Assembly (NCBI GenBank): GCA_951406725.2
Contig: OX597819.1
Coordinates: 87,110,001-87,174,000 of the forward strand
Origin: Octopus vulgaris
Lineage: Eukaryota
Length of the DNA stretch: 64,000 nucleotides
Direction of reading: 5' to 3'
The notes below the pieces were generated by a model that did not search any database, was not told where the DNA came from, and was given only the letters and a program-made list of their open reading frames with translations. Positions 1 to 16,150 of this stretch are shown in pieces. The translations under genes were made by a program, and so were the position numbers. Each line of letters opens with the position of its first letter. The first letter of the stretch is position 1.

Positions 1-35
1 GTGTTTGTGAGAAGGTTGTTTTCTTCTAGGGACAT

Positions 36-451
36 ACTCTTTACTCTTTACTCTTACTCTTTTACTTGTTTCAGTCATTTGACTGCGGCCATGCTGGAGC
101 ACCGCCTTTAGTCGAGCAACTCGACCCCGGGACTTATTCTTTGTAAGCCCAGTACTTATTCTATCGATCCCTTTTGCTGAACCGCTAAGTAACGGGGACA
201 TAAACACACCAGCATCGGTTGTCAAGCAATGCTAGGGGGACAAACACAGACACACAAACACGTACACACACATATATATACATATATACGACAGGCTTCT
301 TTCAGTTTCCGTCTACCAAATCCACTCACAAGGCTTTGGTCGGCCCGAGGCTATAGCAGAAGACACTTGCCCAAGATGCCACGCAGTGGGACTGAACCCG
401 GAACCATGTGGTTGGTTAGCAAGCTACTTACCACACAGCCACTCCTGCGCC
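36..451 (-). mobile_element. tRNA-derived SINE, family A, inserted into a CR1-like LINE
   Basis: Minus-strand head ggcgcaggagtggctgtgtggtaag...gggttcagtcc and (AAAGAGT)-like tail; several copies in the window. Confidence 0.85.
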
Positions 452-903
452 TATGATCAACCTTTTTCTGACAATGCATTTCACTGTCTTGCTAACATGT
501 GAGTTTAGAGAGATGGGCCTGTAGTTTTTAACATATGCTCTGCTCCCTTCTTTATGGACAGGGCATATTATACCCTCTTTTAGCAGAGTGGGAAGTTTAC
601 CACATTCAAGGAAACTCTGAAAAAGTACTTTCAGTGGCTTTGCAAGAGCCTTTTTACATGTCTTTAAGAGAACAGCCGGGAGTCCATCTGGGCTTGTTGC
701 TGAGTTTGATCTCATCTTGTCAATGGCTGATATTACACCCTCTTCTGTTATGTTGATATAATCGATGGTTGCCTCTTTTCTGAATAGATTCGTTACATTG
801 ATAAACTCCTCAGGCTTGTTTATTTGCATATTTTCCAGTGGAAAAGTGAAAACACTACGGAATTGTTTATTTAGTCATCACTTATCTTCCCCGGAATTCT
901 GTA
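452..903 (-). mobile_element. CR1/L2-like LINE RT fragment
   Basis: SPDGLPAVLLK...KNYRPISLNSHVSK; homologous to 45862-48745; continues at 1-35. Confidence 0.8.
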
Positions 904-1379
904 AAATTCTTTAATAATTATTTTTGTTTTTGCTGCTCTAAAATGAAGAGAAAAAAATGTACATTCTACACCCTACGATTATCCAGTTGTTTTATTTATT
1001 ATTCGAAAGATCAAAATGTTAAAATATTAGATATCTTCAGTGTTTACGTATATGAAATTGGTTAAAGGGAAATTACTCTTAATGAATGAATTATTTCTTG
1101 CGTGGATTATTGCCCTTGAAATTAGACATGCACACAAAAATTGATTGCATTGTAAATAAAAATAGCCTTATTTGATTATTTAAGTCATTTTGTGGGGTTT
1201 TTTTAAAAAAATTTAATCACTAAACTTAAAGTTTCAGAACTGAGGAGCCGAACTTCACTTCAGAGAGTGCTGATGTAAGGACGTAGAAGCACCAACGAAT
1301 ATTAGATTCTTCAGCAAAAAAATCAGTTTAGGGCGGTGTCTATGAGTGCCCCACTTTTTTTTTTCTGACTTTAACCCTC

Positions 1380-1870
1380 CAACGCCGAGTATAGGCCACT
1401 TATAATTTAATTCCATGTCGCATAATTTTTGGCTTCAGTACTTATACTCTGCCATGAATGTCCCCCTTTCTCTAGTTCCTTTTGTGTTGATCTACGCCAC
1501 AAGTTCTTAGGCCTACATCTCCTTCTACATCCATCCGGTTTCCACTATAAAGCACTTTTCGCTACATTTGGTGTGTCTTTTCTAATTGTGCTACCAACCC
1601 ACTTCCACGTTTTTCTTAAATATTTGCTCCCTAATCGAAACTTCATTTGTTCTTTGCCATAGCTCCATATTGCTTATGTGTTCAGGCCATCTAATTTTAA
1701 GTATACTACGCAAGCATTTATTACAAGGTGTCATAAGTTATTTGCAATACTTGAGGATACCAATAACTGAAAATTTACTCCCACTTTGGTGTCAGTTATA
1801 TCCATTGCAAATCATGTAATTTGATATTCTATCATCTTCGTTAGAAATTTACTTAATGTCTACATAATCT
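1380..1870 (-). mobile_element. Decayed RTE-like LINE 3' fragment
   Basis: Minus strand encodes AL.WKPDGCRRRCRPKNLWRR, typical of the RTE ORF C-terminus. Boundaries approximate. Confidence 0.6.
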
Positions 1871-2384
1871 TAGTCATTATAAGCACAGGCATGGCTATAG
1901 GGGCAGGCATGGTTGTGTGGTAAGAAGCTTGTTCCCTTCACTACTGTGTGGACGTGCTTCTTTTCGCTGCTGCTAAGCATTTTTTGCTGTAGAGATTGTT
2001 ATCGTTATTCTTTGTGAATTACCTGATTTTATTACTGTTTATTACTGTTCGTCGAACGAGGATTTGTTTTGTTGAACTGTTTTATTTCTCGGTTTTACCG
2101 GGGAATAATTTTAAAGAAAATTTCTTTGAACTATATTTGTTGGCCATTGCGGTATTTTTTCTATAGGAACATTTTTTAAAAAATTATTTGTTATAGTTTT
2201 CGTTAGACTATCTCTGTGCCCCTCCCTTTAATGGGGTTGGGATTTGAATTGTTTTTTGGACCTTAAAAAAAATTATTGTCTTCTGCAAGAGGAAAACCTC
2301 TTTATAGGTTTCCCATTTTTCGAGAAACCAGTTTTTGCATTTAAAATTTTTTTTTGTGGATAATTAATTTCAAAAGAGTAATGT

Positions 2385-2900
2385 CTGTTGAAATTATCCA
2401 CGAGAGAAGTACACTCGTTGAAAGTGGTGATGTTGGCAGTGGTGCCAACCTTGTAAAAAAATTGCAGCGGTTGCCGAAGTGGCAATCGAGAATATTGACG
2501 TTGATGTCAATCAGCTCGTTGAGCTATTTAAAAGAATGAAGGAGAAGGGTGGTGATGTTAAAATATCACCCTCCTCCAGTATCGTGGAAACCTTCAGTGC
2601 ACAAGACAGATGGTCTAAACACTTTGACAAAGAAATTATCAAAAAATGCCTGTCCCCGATTTGGAGGGACATAGTATACGTCGCTAGGGGACGGGCATAC
2701 GGCACCGTGGAGGTCCGTTTCTCAGGGGAAGAGGTGACTCGCGGACATTCCATGTGTTGCACGGAAATGGTTGCCTGAAAGGTTTCCGGTAATTCTCGTC
2801 TCACTTATTGCTGTCACATCTAAACTTAGAGACGTGAAATTGTTGAACAGGTGACCCTGCTTCCAAGCCGAACTCAGGCCCGAACATTTACACAACCAAC
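2385..2900 (+). mobile_element. L1/Tx1-like ORF1 fragment
   Basis: GRAYGTVEVRFSGEE is homologous to GKKFGTIEVRFGTGEE at 4282-4575. Confidence 0.5.
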
Positions 2901-3059
2901 TCTAAGTGTAGCCATTTAACTTAGAGGAAAGAAAATGGAATTACGTGCCTTGGTTTCCAGTGATGACTTAACAGTCTTGTTTTTCGTCGAGGGGGCAGGG
3001 AGTAAAGGTTTTCTAGGAAGTTTTTTGAGGGGTACCTGCTAAACCCTCCAGTATCTGTT

Positions 3060-5450
<2,391 letters not shown>

Positions 5451-5554
5451 TACCTGCGCAGTCCAGACAATCTCAGAATTACAATAGTAACAATAAAAAT
5501 GAACACATGGGGCCTTAGAAGGCCGAAAAGTTTACAAACACTTTTTCAACTTAC

Positions 5555-5985
5555 GGAGCTCTAAATTTCCGTGACTTTACAGTATGGCGGCCATAATAAT
5601 AATAATAATAATAGGAAACCAGACATAGTGTTAATTGAGAAAGAAAGCAAACGATGCTGGATCATAGATATAGCATGCCCAGCTGACAACAAGGTATGTG
5701 ATAAAGAAGAAAGAAAAGTCGATAGATATGACAGGTTAGCTTGGGAGGTTAAGTAGTTGTGGTCACTGAAAAAGGTGGTAGAAGTACCAACAATTGTCAG
5801 GGCCCTGGTAACAGTGAATAAAAACCTTGAGAAGTACATGGAACAAATCGGGGCTGCAATAAGGGTAGAGCACTTGCAGGAAACAGCACTGCTTCGAACC
5901 ACTCGAATACTCCGGATATGAACCGCTGACACCGTAGTACATCTCTCTCCAGCGTTCGAAGCTGTGCAAAGACAATGCAACAGTA
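5555..5985 (+). mobile_element. R4/Dong-type RLE LINE 3' fragment
   Basis: RKPDIVLIEKESKRCWIIDIACPAD...KVDRY restriction-like endonuclease; followed by (AAT)n. Confidence 0.8.
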
Positions 5986-6197
5986 ATTATGATAATAATT
6001 ATAATAATAATTTTTGCCACTAGGGCAGCTTGGGGGAGAGGTATTAAGTCGATTACATCGACACCAGTGCGAGACTGGTACTTATTTAAAATATGAAAGT
6101 CTAAGTAGACCTCGGCGAAGAAGAAGAAGAAGAAGAAGAAGAAGAAGAAGAAGAAGAAGAAGAAGAAGAAGAAGAAGAAGAAGAAGAAGAAGAAGAA

Positions 6198-9075
6198 TGA
6201 TGCACAGGGCATGGAGCGACAGAGGCCTATTTGAATTAAGTGAACAATATCTGTGTGACCATGTTAGAGCCATCAGAAAGAATGCATGGTTATCTCCTCT
6301 TGAACTAGAAAGCATTAAGAGACGGGTGCTTAGGGATAGTAAAACCAGCGGTGAACGGGAAGGATAAGGGAGAGAATGCAGATAGTGAAACTATGGTAGT
6401 GGAGTTAAAGAAAGAAAACGAGCATGAGGCTAAGATTATTGATCAGGAAAGTGATAAGAGAACCGAGGAACAAATATCCATTTCAAATGAAATCGATGAT
6501 ATTTGGACCTCTGGTGAACAGAGCTTTCATACGGGGTTTTAAAAAGTAGACAGAGGAAAACTCAATGAGTGAGTCAAGAAGATAGATGATATCACTGGTG
6601 ATATCAGGACTGACAACATCACAGACACCAAGAATCTGATAAATGCAATTTCGATCTTTATAGCTCGGAAGTTAGGTTTGAAAGTCAAAGGTAAATGGCA
6701 ATAGTACTTGAAGGAGTCATGGTGGAAATGGAGAATAACGCAGTCTATTTATGAGACAAGAAATCATATTAATATTCTGGAACGGCAAAAGAGAAATGAA
6801 GTTCAGCGATAGAAATATGTTGAGCTAGAGAGGAAGTATATGGTGAAGAGAAAGGGAATCAGTATTGTGATTGAGGAATTAAAACAGAGGTTGAAAGCTA
6901 AAGCACATACACTAAAGAGATATGAACAATACATTGAGCAGTACAGATTAAACAAACTTTTCGAACAAAATCAGAAACGAGTCTATCAGTAACTGGATGG
7001 GAAAGAAAAAGGTGAAAAAGCCCTGCCGGATGCTGAAGAAAGTAAAAGATTCTGATCAAACATATGGTCTCAGGAGAAACAACACGAAATTGAAGCAGAA
7101 TGGTTAAAGAGAAGGGTGGAGAGTATCAGCAGGAGGAATTGATAATAACCGAGGGGATGGTTAGAGATCAGTGCAGGAAAATTCCTAACTGGAAAGCGCC
7201 TGGCCCAGATGGGGTTCAGGGATTTTGGCTTTAAAATTTCACAGCTTGCACAGAAGTATTGCGAGTCAGCTGGACGAAATACTGAATAGTGATATTCAAG
7301 TCCCGGCCTGGATGACAAAAGAAGAACGGTAGTATGCCAGAAGGACCCAAGTAAAGGGAATGCGGTTGGAAATTTCCAACCAATATCTTGTTTGCCACTG
7401 ATGTGGAAACTGATAACGGCCATCATATCAAGCAGCATCTATAAGTACCTACATGAGAACGATTTACTACCAGTGGAGCAAAAAGGGTGTAAACGTACGA
7501 GCAGAGGAACGAAGATTAATCGATAAGACTATCCTGGCTGATTGCAAGAAGAGACACAAAAATTAGCCAGTGGCATGACTAGACTACAGGAAAGCATATA
7601 ACATGGTCCCACATTCCTGGATTATTGAATGCCTTAAACTCCTTAAGGTCTCACGCCAAGTTCTGAAGCTAATACAAAACTCAATGACAACGTGGCGAAC
7701 TGAACTCACAGCATGGGGAGATAAACTGGGAGAGGTAAATATCATAAGAGAAATCTGTCAACGGGACAGTCTCCTATTTGTTGCTTGTGTACTGCCACTA
7801 ATGAGCGTTTTAAGAAAGATGCGTGTGGGGTACATGCTAGGTAGGGTGAAAGTAAACAACCTTTGTTTTAGGGATGACCTAAAGCTATTCGCTAAGACTG
7901 ACAAAGACATTGAGAGTTTGAGAGTTTGCAGATGATTAGCAAAGATATTGGTATGGAATTCGGGATCGAGAAATGTGGTGTAATGATTCTCAAAAGAGGG
8001 AAAATCAGTAAAAGGCAAGGGATCAAGCTGGGAAGTGATGAAACTATAAAGGAAGTCAAAGAGAAAGGATGTAAGTACCTGGGTGTCATTGAAAGAGATA
8101 AGATGAATGAACACAAGATGAAAGAAATGTATTTGAAAGAAGAGTATTTGAGGAGAACTCGGCCTGTGCTCCAATCGAAGCTAAATGGCCGTTATAAGAT
8201 TAGAGCATTTAACACATAGGCTGTTACTTTGATGAGATATAGAGCAGGTATAGTATCTCAGAAGAAGTAAAAATTACAAGAGATAGACCGGAGAAAACGT
8301 AAATTAATGACAATGAACTACGCCCCAAGAATGATGTCAAGATTGTACGTAAAGAGAATGGAAGGAGAACGGGGATGGGATTTGTGTGTTGTGAAGGTTG
8401 TGTAAGGGAAGAGGAGAATGGCCTGGCTTGGTATGTCAAGGGGAGTAAAGGATAAATGATTGAAGCGGTGGAAATGCAGGGTACCTTAAGAGTGAACAAA
8501 GTCGCAGATCCAATACAGTTTAAGACAGGCCAGAGAGAGCAGATGAGGTAAAGTTGGCAGGACAAGAAAATGCATAGTCAGTTCTTGGAGAATAAAGATG
8601 AGATTGATTAGAATAGAATTTGGCAATAGCAGCAGAAAGGAGATTCGAAGGGGCCCACGGAGGAATTAGAGTGAAGCGCTCACCCATAAAGATGAAAAAG
8701 AAGTAAAGATAATAGATGTTGCAATATCAGGCGATTCGAGGGTGAAATGTAAGGAAACAGAAGAGATGGAGAAATACGAGCCACTGCAGGGCGAGATTGG
8801 AAACTTTTGCGGCATGAGAAAAATAATGGTGATACCGATGGTAATTGGATCATTAGGAGCAGTTTTCAAGGAATTTGAAAAACATAAGAAAATTGGAACT
8901 GCTGTCATGCTCGCGGTGATTGAGAAGACAGCATTGTTGGGTACAGCTCACATTCTAAGGAGAGTATTGACTCTTTGAGTCACAGGAGAATGCACTACTT
9001 GAAACCTTTGGTGATTTGTTGTTGCCTGCTTTCAAGTAAAGAATAACCGGTAATAAAGAACTATCAGAGAGGCTT
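6198..9075 (+). mobile_element. Decayed R4/Dong-type RLE LINE
   Basis: Interrupted RT motifs (AYNMVPHSW, FRDDLKLF, GMEFGIEKC) and RLE C-terminus (IPMVIGSLG); many stops. Confidence 0.85.
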
Positions 9076-9172
9076 TCATGATAATGATAACAACATCAAC
9101 AACATCAACAACAACAACAATAGCAACAACAACAATAACAATGATAATAATAATAACAACAACAACAACAAC

Positions 9173-9217
<45 letters not shown>

Positions 9218-9221
<4 letters not shown>

Positions 9222-11495
9222 TTCACTGCAGTAATATCACAAAAATTGAACAAGCACCTGGACGAAAACAACCTGTTTCCAGAAAAGCAGCAAGACTGCC
9301 GCAAAGGCTCATATGACTGTAAAGATCAACTAATGATCAATAAAGCCATAACTGAAGACAGCCGCAGAAAGAAGAAAGGCCTCAGTATGGCCTGGATCGA
9401 CTGCAGAAAGGCGTTTGATAGCATCCCCCACACATGGATCCTCGAAACACTAGCCATTAACAAAGTAGCACCAACAATTATAAAGTACATAGGACACTCT
9501 ATGAATAAATGGCAGACAGTGCTACAGCTCCAAACAAAAGAGGGACTCGTGAAAACCAAAGCCATCCCCATTAGAAGAAGAATATTCCAGGGAGACACGC
9601 TCTCTCCACTCCTTTTCTGCTTGACACTGTCACCTCTACCTGATATGCTAAATAGAACTGGATGCGGATATAAATGTTACGGCAAAACGATCAGCCACCT
9701 TTTATATATGGATGACCTAAAATTATACGCTACAAATGACAAACAGCTGGAAACACTATTAAAGACAGTTCATGGATTCACCAAAGAAATAGATGTGGAA
9801 TCTGGATTAGAAAAATGCACCAAAGTAACCATGAAAAGAGGAAAACTAGTTAAGAGTAGCAACATCACACTAGATAAAGCCAATGAAATAAGTGAATTAG
9901 ACCAAAGCCAAACTTACAAATATTTAGGAATCCATGAACTAGATAAGACACAACACACACAAATGAAAGAGAAAATAAAGAAAGAATACTATAGACGAGT
10001 TAGGTCAATACTAAAAGCAGAGCTCAATGCTAAAAACAAGATAATAGGTATTAACACTTTAGCTGTCCCAGTTATAAGTTCCATCTAAAATATCCTTAAC
10101 TAGACACTAAATGAACTAACCAAAATAGTTAGGAAAACAAGAAAAATAATAACAGGATCTAGGATGCATCACCCAAAATCTGACATAGAAAGGCTATATA
10201 TACAACGTATATATAGTAGAGGCCTTATAAAGCTGGAAAACTACTATAAAATAACCACCATAGGACTGCAAAAATACCTACTTCAGAAACAAGGAAAACT
10301 GATACAAATAGCGGCAAAACATGAGCAAAACAAAAAATTGTTCTCAGTATTTAAGGAAGCTGACAAATACAAACAAGAAATCATACCACCTAACAAATAT
10401 GAAGTGGAAGAAGAAGAAGAAGAAGAAGAAGAAGAAGAAGAAGAAGAAGAAGAAGAAGAAGAAGAAGAAGAAGAAGGAGGAGGAGGAGGAGGAGGAGGAG
10501 GAGAAGAAGAAGAAGAAGAAGAAGAAGAAGAAGAAGAAGAAGAAGAAGAAGAAGAAAACACAACAAAAGCTCTAAAGCAAATGAAATCAAAACTAAAACT
10601 AGAACAGCAACGAACCATGATAAAACGATGGTAAGAAAAGCCCCTTCATGGCAAGTACTGGACTAAACTAAATGCAAAAGAAATAGACAAAGAAAAATCC
10701 CAGCAATGGTTGAGAAGCTCAGGACTCAAAGCAGAGACAGAGGGATTTTTAATTGCAGCACAAGACCAAAGCCTCCCCACCAGAAATTACCAAAAACATG
10801 TAATGAAAAGAAATATAACAAGTAACTGCAGAATATGTGGAGATGGACAAGAAACAATAAATCATATTATCTCTGGCTGCCCAGTCCTGGCTAAGAAGGA
10901 ATATATTCACAGATACGACAGAGTTGGAACCTACATACACTGGAAGCTATGCCAACATTATGGAATAACAACAGAAAAAAGATGGTATAGACACACACCA
11001 GAAAAGGTCACAGAAAACGAGAAAGCAACCATACTCTGGGATATGCCGATACACACAGATAGAGAAATTAAGGCCAACAGACCAGATATAGTTGTCAGAG
11101 ATCATGAAGAAAAAAAATGCTTTCTAATTGATGTATCAATACCAGCAGATGACAATATGTCTCTAAAAGAAATGGAAAAACGTTCAAAATACAAAGACCT
11201 GGAAATAGAGGTTACTAGAATGTGAAATCTAAAAACAGAAACAATTCCTATCATAGTAGGTGCATTAGGCATGATAAAAAATATTTAGACAAATACATAA
11301 CAAAAACACTAGGACTTACAAACACATATAACATACAGAAAATTGCACTACTAGGTACTGCACACATCCTACGCAGAAAACTTTCAATACAGTAACCATC
11401 AGAGCATCACAACAAATCACAGCACATACCTAAGGCACAAAGAGCTGCGCTCGGTAGGGAAGTGAAAGCACGTTATAAAAATAAAACTACTGAAT
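9218..11495 (+). mobile_element. 5'-truncated R4/Dong-type RLE LINE
   Basis: RT (IFQGDTLSP, YMDDLKLY), CCHC (CRICG...HIISGC) and RPDIV RLE motif; (AAT)n on both sides. Confidence 0.93.
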
Positions 11496-11512
11496 GATAA
11501 TAATAATAATAA

Positions 11513-12164
11513 AATGAATGCAAATTTCGCCACGACAGGGTAGGACAGTATTTACATGGGAAGATATGCAATCACTACAAAATCAGCATTCCTGCTTCCT
11601 GGTATGAACATTACCCCGAACCAGTTGTTGAAGGTAAAAATGTCACCATCATCTGGGATTTTCCAGTTAACACTGATGGAACGATCCAGGCTAATCGACC
11701 AGAAATAACTGTTAAAGGCAGGGAAGAAGACACTTAGACTAATAGAAGTGTTCCCTCTGATAAAAATATATCTGTAAAGGAATTCGACAAATTAAGTAAA
11801 TCCTAGGACCTGGAAATTGAAATACAATTGATGTGGCATCTTAAAGTGAAAACTGTTCCTGTTATTGTGGGTGCCCTAGGTATGATATAAAAGGGATGTC
11901 AGGAACATCTAGATAACATATCAGGAGAACCATGTCTCAGAGAAATAAAAAAAATTGTGCTGACAAGTAATCCCACATCCTTAGAAAAAAAAACCTATTC
12001 CATTTAAATGTCTGTGTTGTATTATATGAAAATATTTCGCTACTGTCCCTGCCACTTCCCTTCTCCAAGCCTCATTCAAACTGTAACATCTCTTATACTT
12101 CTCTCGTCCAGGACGTTTGGTGCGACTCGGCAAATGATTGTAACAAACATGTATATTTAAAGTA
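11513..12164 (+). mobile_element. R4/Dong-type RLE LINE 3' fragment
   Basis: RHDRVGQYLHWKIC...IWDFPV...ANRP; followed by a long (AAT)n. Confidence 0.85.
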
Positions 12165-12179
12165 AATAATAATAATAAC

Positions 12180-12246
<67 letters not shown>

Positions 12247-12300
12247 GTGATAATGATAACAACAACAACAACAAAAACAACAACAGCAACAACAACAACA

Positions 12301-12430
12301 TTATTTACATTTGACGGATATTTGTCCTCATCTTGTTTGTTGTTAACACAACGTTTCGGCTGATATACCCAGGTGTCTTGGGGGAGTTTCGAACCTGGAT
12401 TCTCATTCCTAAGGTATTTTTCGATGTTGT
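12301..12430 (-). mobile_element. Penelope-type pLTR fragment (hammerhead core deleted)
   Basis: Reverse complement of about 16163-16300 but lacking the CTGATGA/stem II segment. Confidence 0.7.
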
Positions 12431-12449
12431 TGTTATTATTATTATTATT

Positions 12450-15400
12450 ACTTTTTTTTTTCTTCTTTCAAATTTTCTTCCATTTCTTGCCGAGTGTCTT
12501 CCCGACTCCTAGGGCAAAGAAACTCATAGTGTATATTGGTAGGCCATTAAACCAAACTCAGTAGTTCGTTCATTTTTTTTTTTTTTTTTTTTTTTTTAAG
12601 TTAAATTAAAATACATGAGCAGCAACAGTTCTCACATCGACAATGCTCTTCTCAATACGTGTGATGTACCAGTTAAGACAATCTTTTGCACTTCTTGCAG
12701 GGATGGTAAGCCAGGGATCATTCTCATATAATTTTCGGTTCCCTTCTTGATCATTCCTAGTGCTCCTACGATCACTGGTATTGTAACCGCCTTGAGATGC
12801 CACATTTTCTCAATTTCAATGAGTAGGTCTTTATATTTTCTGAGCTTGTCAAACTCTTTCGCTGAGATATTATGATCACAGGGGATGCTCATATCGATCA
12901 ATAAGCAAACTTTATTGTTTTGGTCTTTAACAACAATATCTGGTTTATTGGCCTTGATGGTTCGGTCTGTATGTACTGGAAAGTCCCACAGAATGGTTAC
13001 ATTTTCTCCTTCAGTTACAGCCTCAGGGTGGTGATTATACCACTTGTCGGCAGTTTTGATATTGTAATGCCGACTTATTAGCCAGTGGAGATATTGGCCA
13101 ATTCTGTCATGTCTTAATTTATACTCCACTGGTGCTAAGACTTTACATCCAGAGATTAGGTGGTCCACTGTTTCAATCATGTCGTTGCAGAATCGGCATT
13201 TTGGGTCTGCTCAATTTTTCATCACATTGGCCTGGTAGTTCCGGGTTAATAGGCTTTGGTCTTGAGCAGCCAGGATGAAACCTTCGCTCTCTGCTTTTAG
13301 CCCTGAGCTCCGCAGCCACTGATGGGTTTGCTTCTGGTCAACATCAGCTTGTTTGCTGCGGGTCACATATTTGCCGTGCAGAGGTTTCTCCTCCCACCTA
13401 TCAGCCAATTGCTCGTGCGCTTTTTTCATTGCCATCATTTTCACCTTCTTTGCAACAATAGTTGCCGTACTTCCCTCGGGTTGTTCAGTTTGGGTATCCT
13501 GCACGAGATCAATAGCAAATTTTTTGCTTTCCTTGATGATAGAATGAAGCTTCTTTCGTCTCTCGTGATTTTCCACGAGCTTTAGCATCCAGTCATTCGA
13601 TATTTCGAGATATTTGGCCAGTCCAATTGTGGTTGTTTTGTAAGCTAGTTCAAATTGGATCAGGCCTCGACCTCCTTGGGCTCTGGGAAGGTAAAGGCGA
13701 TCTACGTCTGCCTTTGGGTGGTACATCCTATTACAACTCAGCAGCTTGCGTATTTTTCTATCTATATTCTTTACTTCACTCATATTCCAGTTCAACACAT
13801 TGTAGCTATAAGTAACAACTGGAACTGCTAAGGAATTTATAGCTAACACCTTGTTACGTGCATTTAGTTCAGATTTCAGGACTGCACGAACTCTCCTATA
13901 ACATTCCTTCCTGATTTTCTCTTTCATGCTTGCATGCTGAATACCAGAGCCTTCATTTATCCCTAAATATTTGTATGTCTGTTCTTGCTCAAGCTCTCTT
14001 ATGACTGTGTCAACATCTAACACGACTGAATTTGTGGTCTTCACTTTCCCTTTCTGGAAAGTGGCCTTGGCACACTTCTCAAGTCCAAACTCCATCCCGA
14101 TGTCATCGCTGAATGCTTTCACGGTGCGCAATAGGCCTTCAAGTTCATTATTGTCTTTACCATAAAGTTTTAAGTCATCCATATAAAATAGATGGCTTAT
14201 TTTTTTATTGGCAATTTTATACCCATACCCTGTTCTGTTTAATTCACTTGTAAGGGGTATTAGGGCTATGCAGAATATTAAAGGTGAGAGTGAGTCACCT
14301 TGAAAAATTCCAGTTGATGTTTATATTTTCTGAGGCAAGTACTCCATTAGAGTGGTATAATTGGAGATTCGTATTCCACAACGACATATTGTGCTTCAGG
14401 AAGTTTGAAATCACAGGGGAAATTTTAAAGATGTCCAGCGCTCTCAAGATCCATGGATGCGGTATACTGTCGAAGGCCTTTTTATAGTCAATCCATGCGG
14501 TGCTGAGATTTCTGCGCTTGTTGTGACAGTTCTCAAGGATCATACGATTGATTAGCAGTTGATCTTTGCATCCGTAAGAGCCTCGGCGGCACCCTTTTTG
14601 TTCAATGGGGAAAATATCGTTCTTCTCCATGAATGCATATGTTTTCTCCGCCAGGATAGATGTTAGGATTTTATACGTGGTGGATAGACAGGTTATAGGC
14701 CGATAGTTTTTTGGAAGGTTGGTTTCGTTATTCTTTGGGAGTAGGTAAGTAATGCCACTTGCTAACCATTCAGGTGTTTTCTTTGGGTCTCTCAAAATTC
14801 CATTGAGCAGCTGAACTAGCTTACCGTGTGCGCACGGGAGCGATGCGAGCCAGAAATTCGGCACCCTATCTTTACCGGGGGATTTCCAATTATGGGCCTT
14901 CGTGAGTGCCTTTCTTAGGTCTGCTATTGTGATGTCTTCCCATGCTTGTTGTTGTAAATTTTGGTAGGATCCTTCAGTTTGTATAATCCAGTCTGCATTT
15001 ATGTTGTACGTCTTCTTGTCACTCCAAATCCTTTCCCAAAAGTTTTGAACTTCTTCCATGGGAGGGGGGTCTTTAACGGTTACTTTCTCCTTCCCTATTT
15101 CTCTGTAGAATTTTTTGGCATTGGATGTGAACAGCTTATTTTGCTTGTAAAACTTGTTTCTCTTCTCAAATCTTCGTATTCTTTGGGCTTTTGCTTGGAC
15201 TTTTTGTTTCAGCGTTTCTTTTATTGATATCAGTTCTTCTCTTGGTGAGGATCCAAATTTTCTCTTCATCTTTCTTCTTGTTCTGGATCTTACATCATTT
15301 CCACATATTAGTTCATTTAATATTGATATTTCCCCTCTCATAAATTCAATCTCTTTTTCAATTTTACTTCTCCAGGTTTGATTTCTTCCCAGGTTTTGTT

Positions 15401-15844
15401 TTCTTTGTTTTTTCGGGGGCATACAGCTGGTTTCAATTGCCCTAGCAGAAGCGTAAATAATTTCATTTAACTCAGTAAAATCAGGTTTTAATTCTCGTAA
15501 TATTTCATTTGTTACATAGTTGCCAATTTGGATTTGTTTTTTATTTTGGTTTGTATTTGAGAGTTTATGAAGCGGTTCTCTATCATTCATACTTGTATGT
15601 CTTACAACTTCAAGCGTATTCAGGATTTTCTGCCTCATTTCTGCCATAGACTCTCTGTGTTCTTCAGCAAATGCGAGATCTTCAGTTACTGTTGTTTTTT
15701 CGTTTTCCTGGCTATCTTTAACAGGTACAATAGAATTTCTTGTATCTTCAGGCCTTTGCGTACTTTGGTCAGATGGCAGTCTTTCAATTAAGCCTCGTGG
15801 CGGGCTATACTGTTCATCTGATTCTTCATTTCCTTTGTGTCTTA

Positions 15845-15845
<1 letters not shown>
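12450..15845 (-). mobile_element. Near-intact R4/Dong-type RLE LINE
   Basis: Three ORF pieces (14295-15647, 13211-14182, 12632-13180) join into one RT-CCHC-RLE frame with one frameshift near 14310 and one in-frame TGA at 13211; (TTA)n flanks. Confidence 0.94.
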
Positions 15846-15919
<74 letters not shown>

Positions 15920-15920
15920 A

Positions 15921-16098
15921 TTCAGGTCACTGCCTGAGATCGAAATCGGAATCTTGGGGTTAGAAGCCTGCGCTCTTAACCACTATGCCCAGGGGCATAT
16001 GTCGTAGTGGTTAAGAGCGCGGACTACTAACCCCAAGATTTCGATTCCAAGCAGTGGCCTGAATGATGATGATGATAATAATAATAGTAATAATAATG

Positions 16099-16150
<52 letters not shown>

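Noticed and set aside
905-958. Minus-strand acceptor-like tract (ttttctcttcattttag) as an exon of a second gene
   Set aside because: Runs into LINE sequence after about 35 nt with no donor or recognisable peptide.
13211-13213. In-frame TGA in the LINE ORF as selenocysteine or readthrough
   Set aside because: Not at a Cys position and no SECIS seen; a GGA>TGA mutation in a copy that also has a frameshift is simpler.
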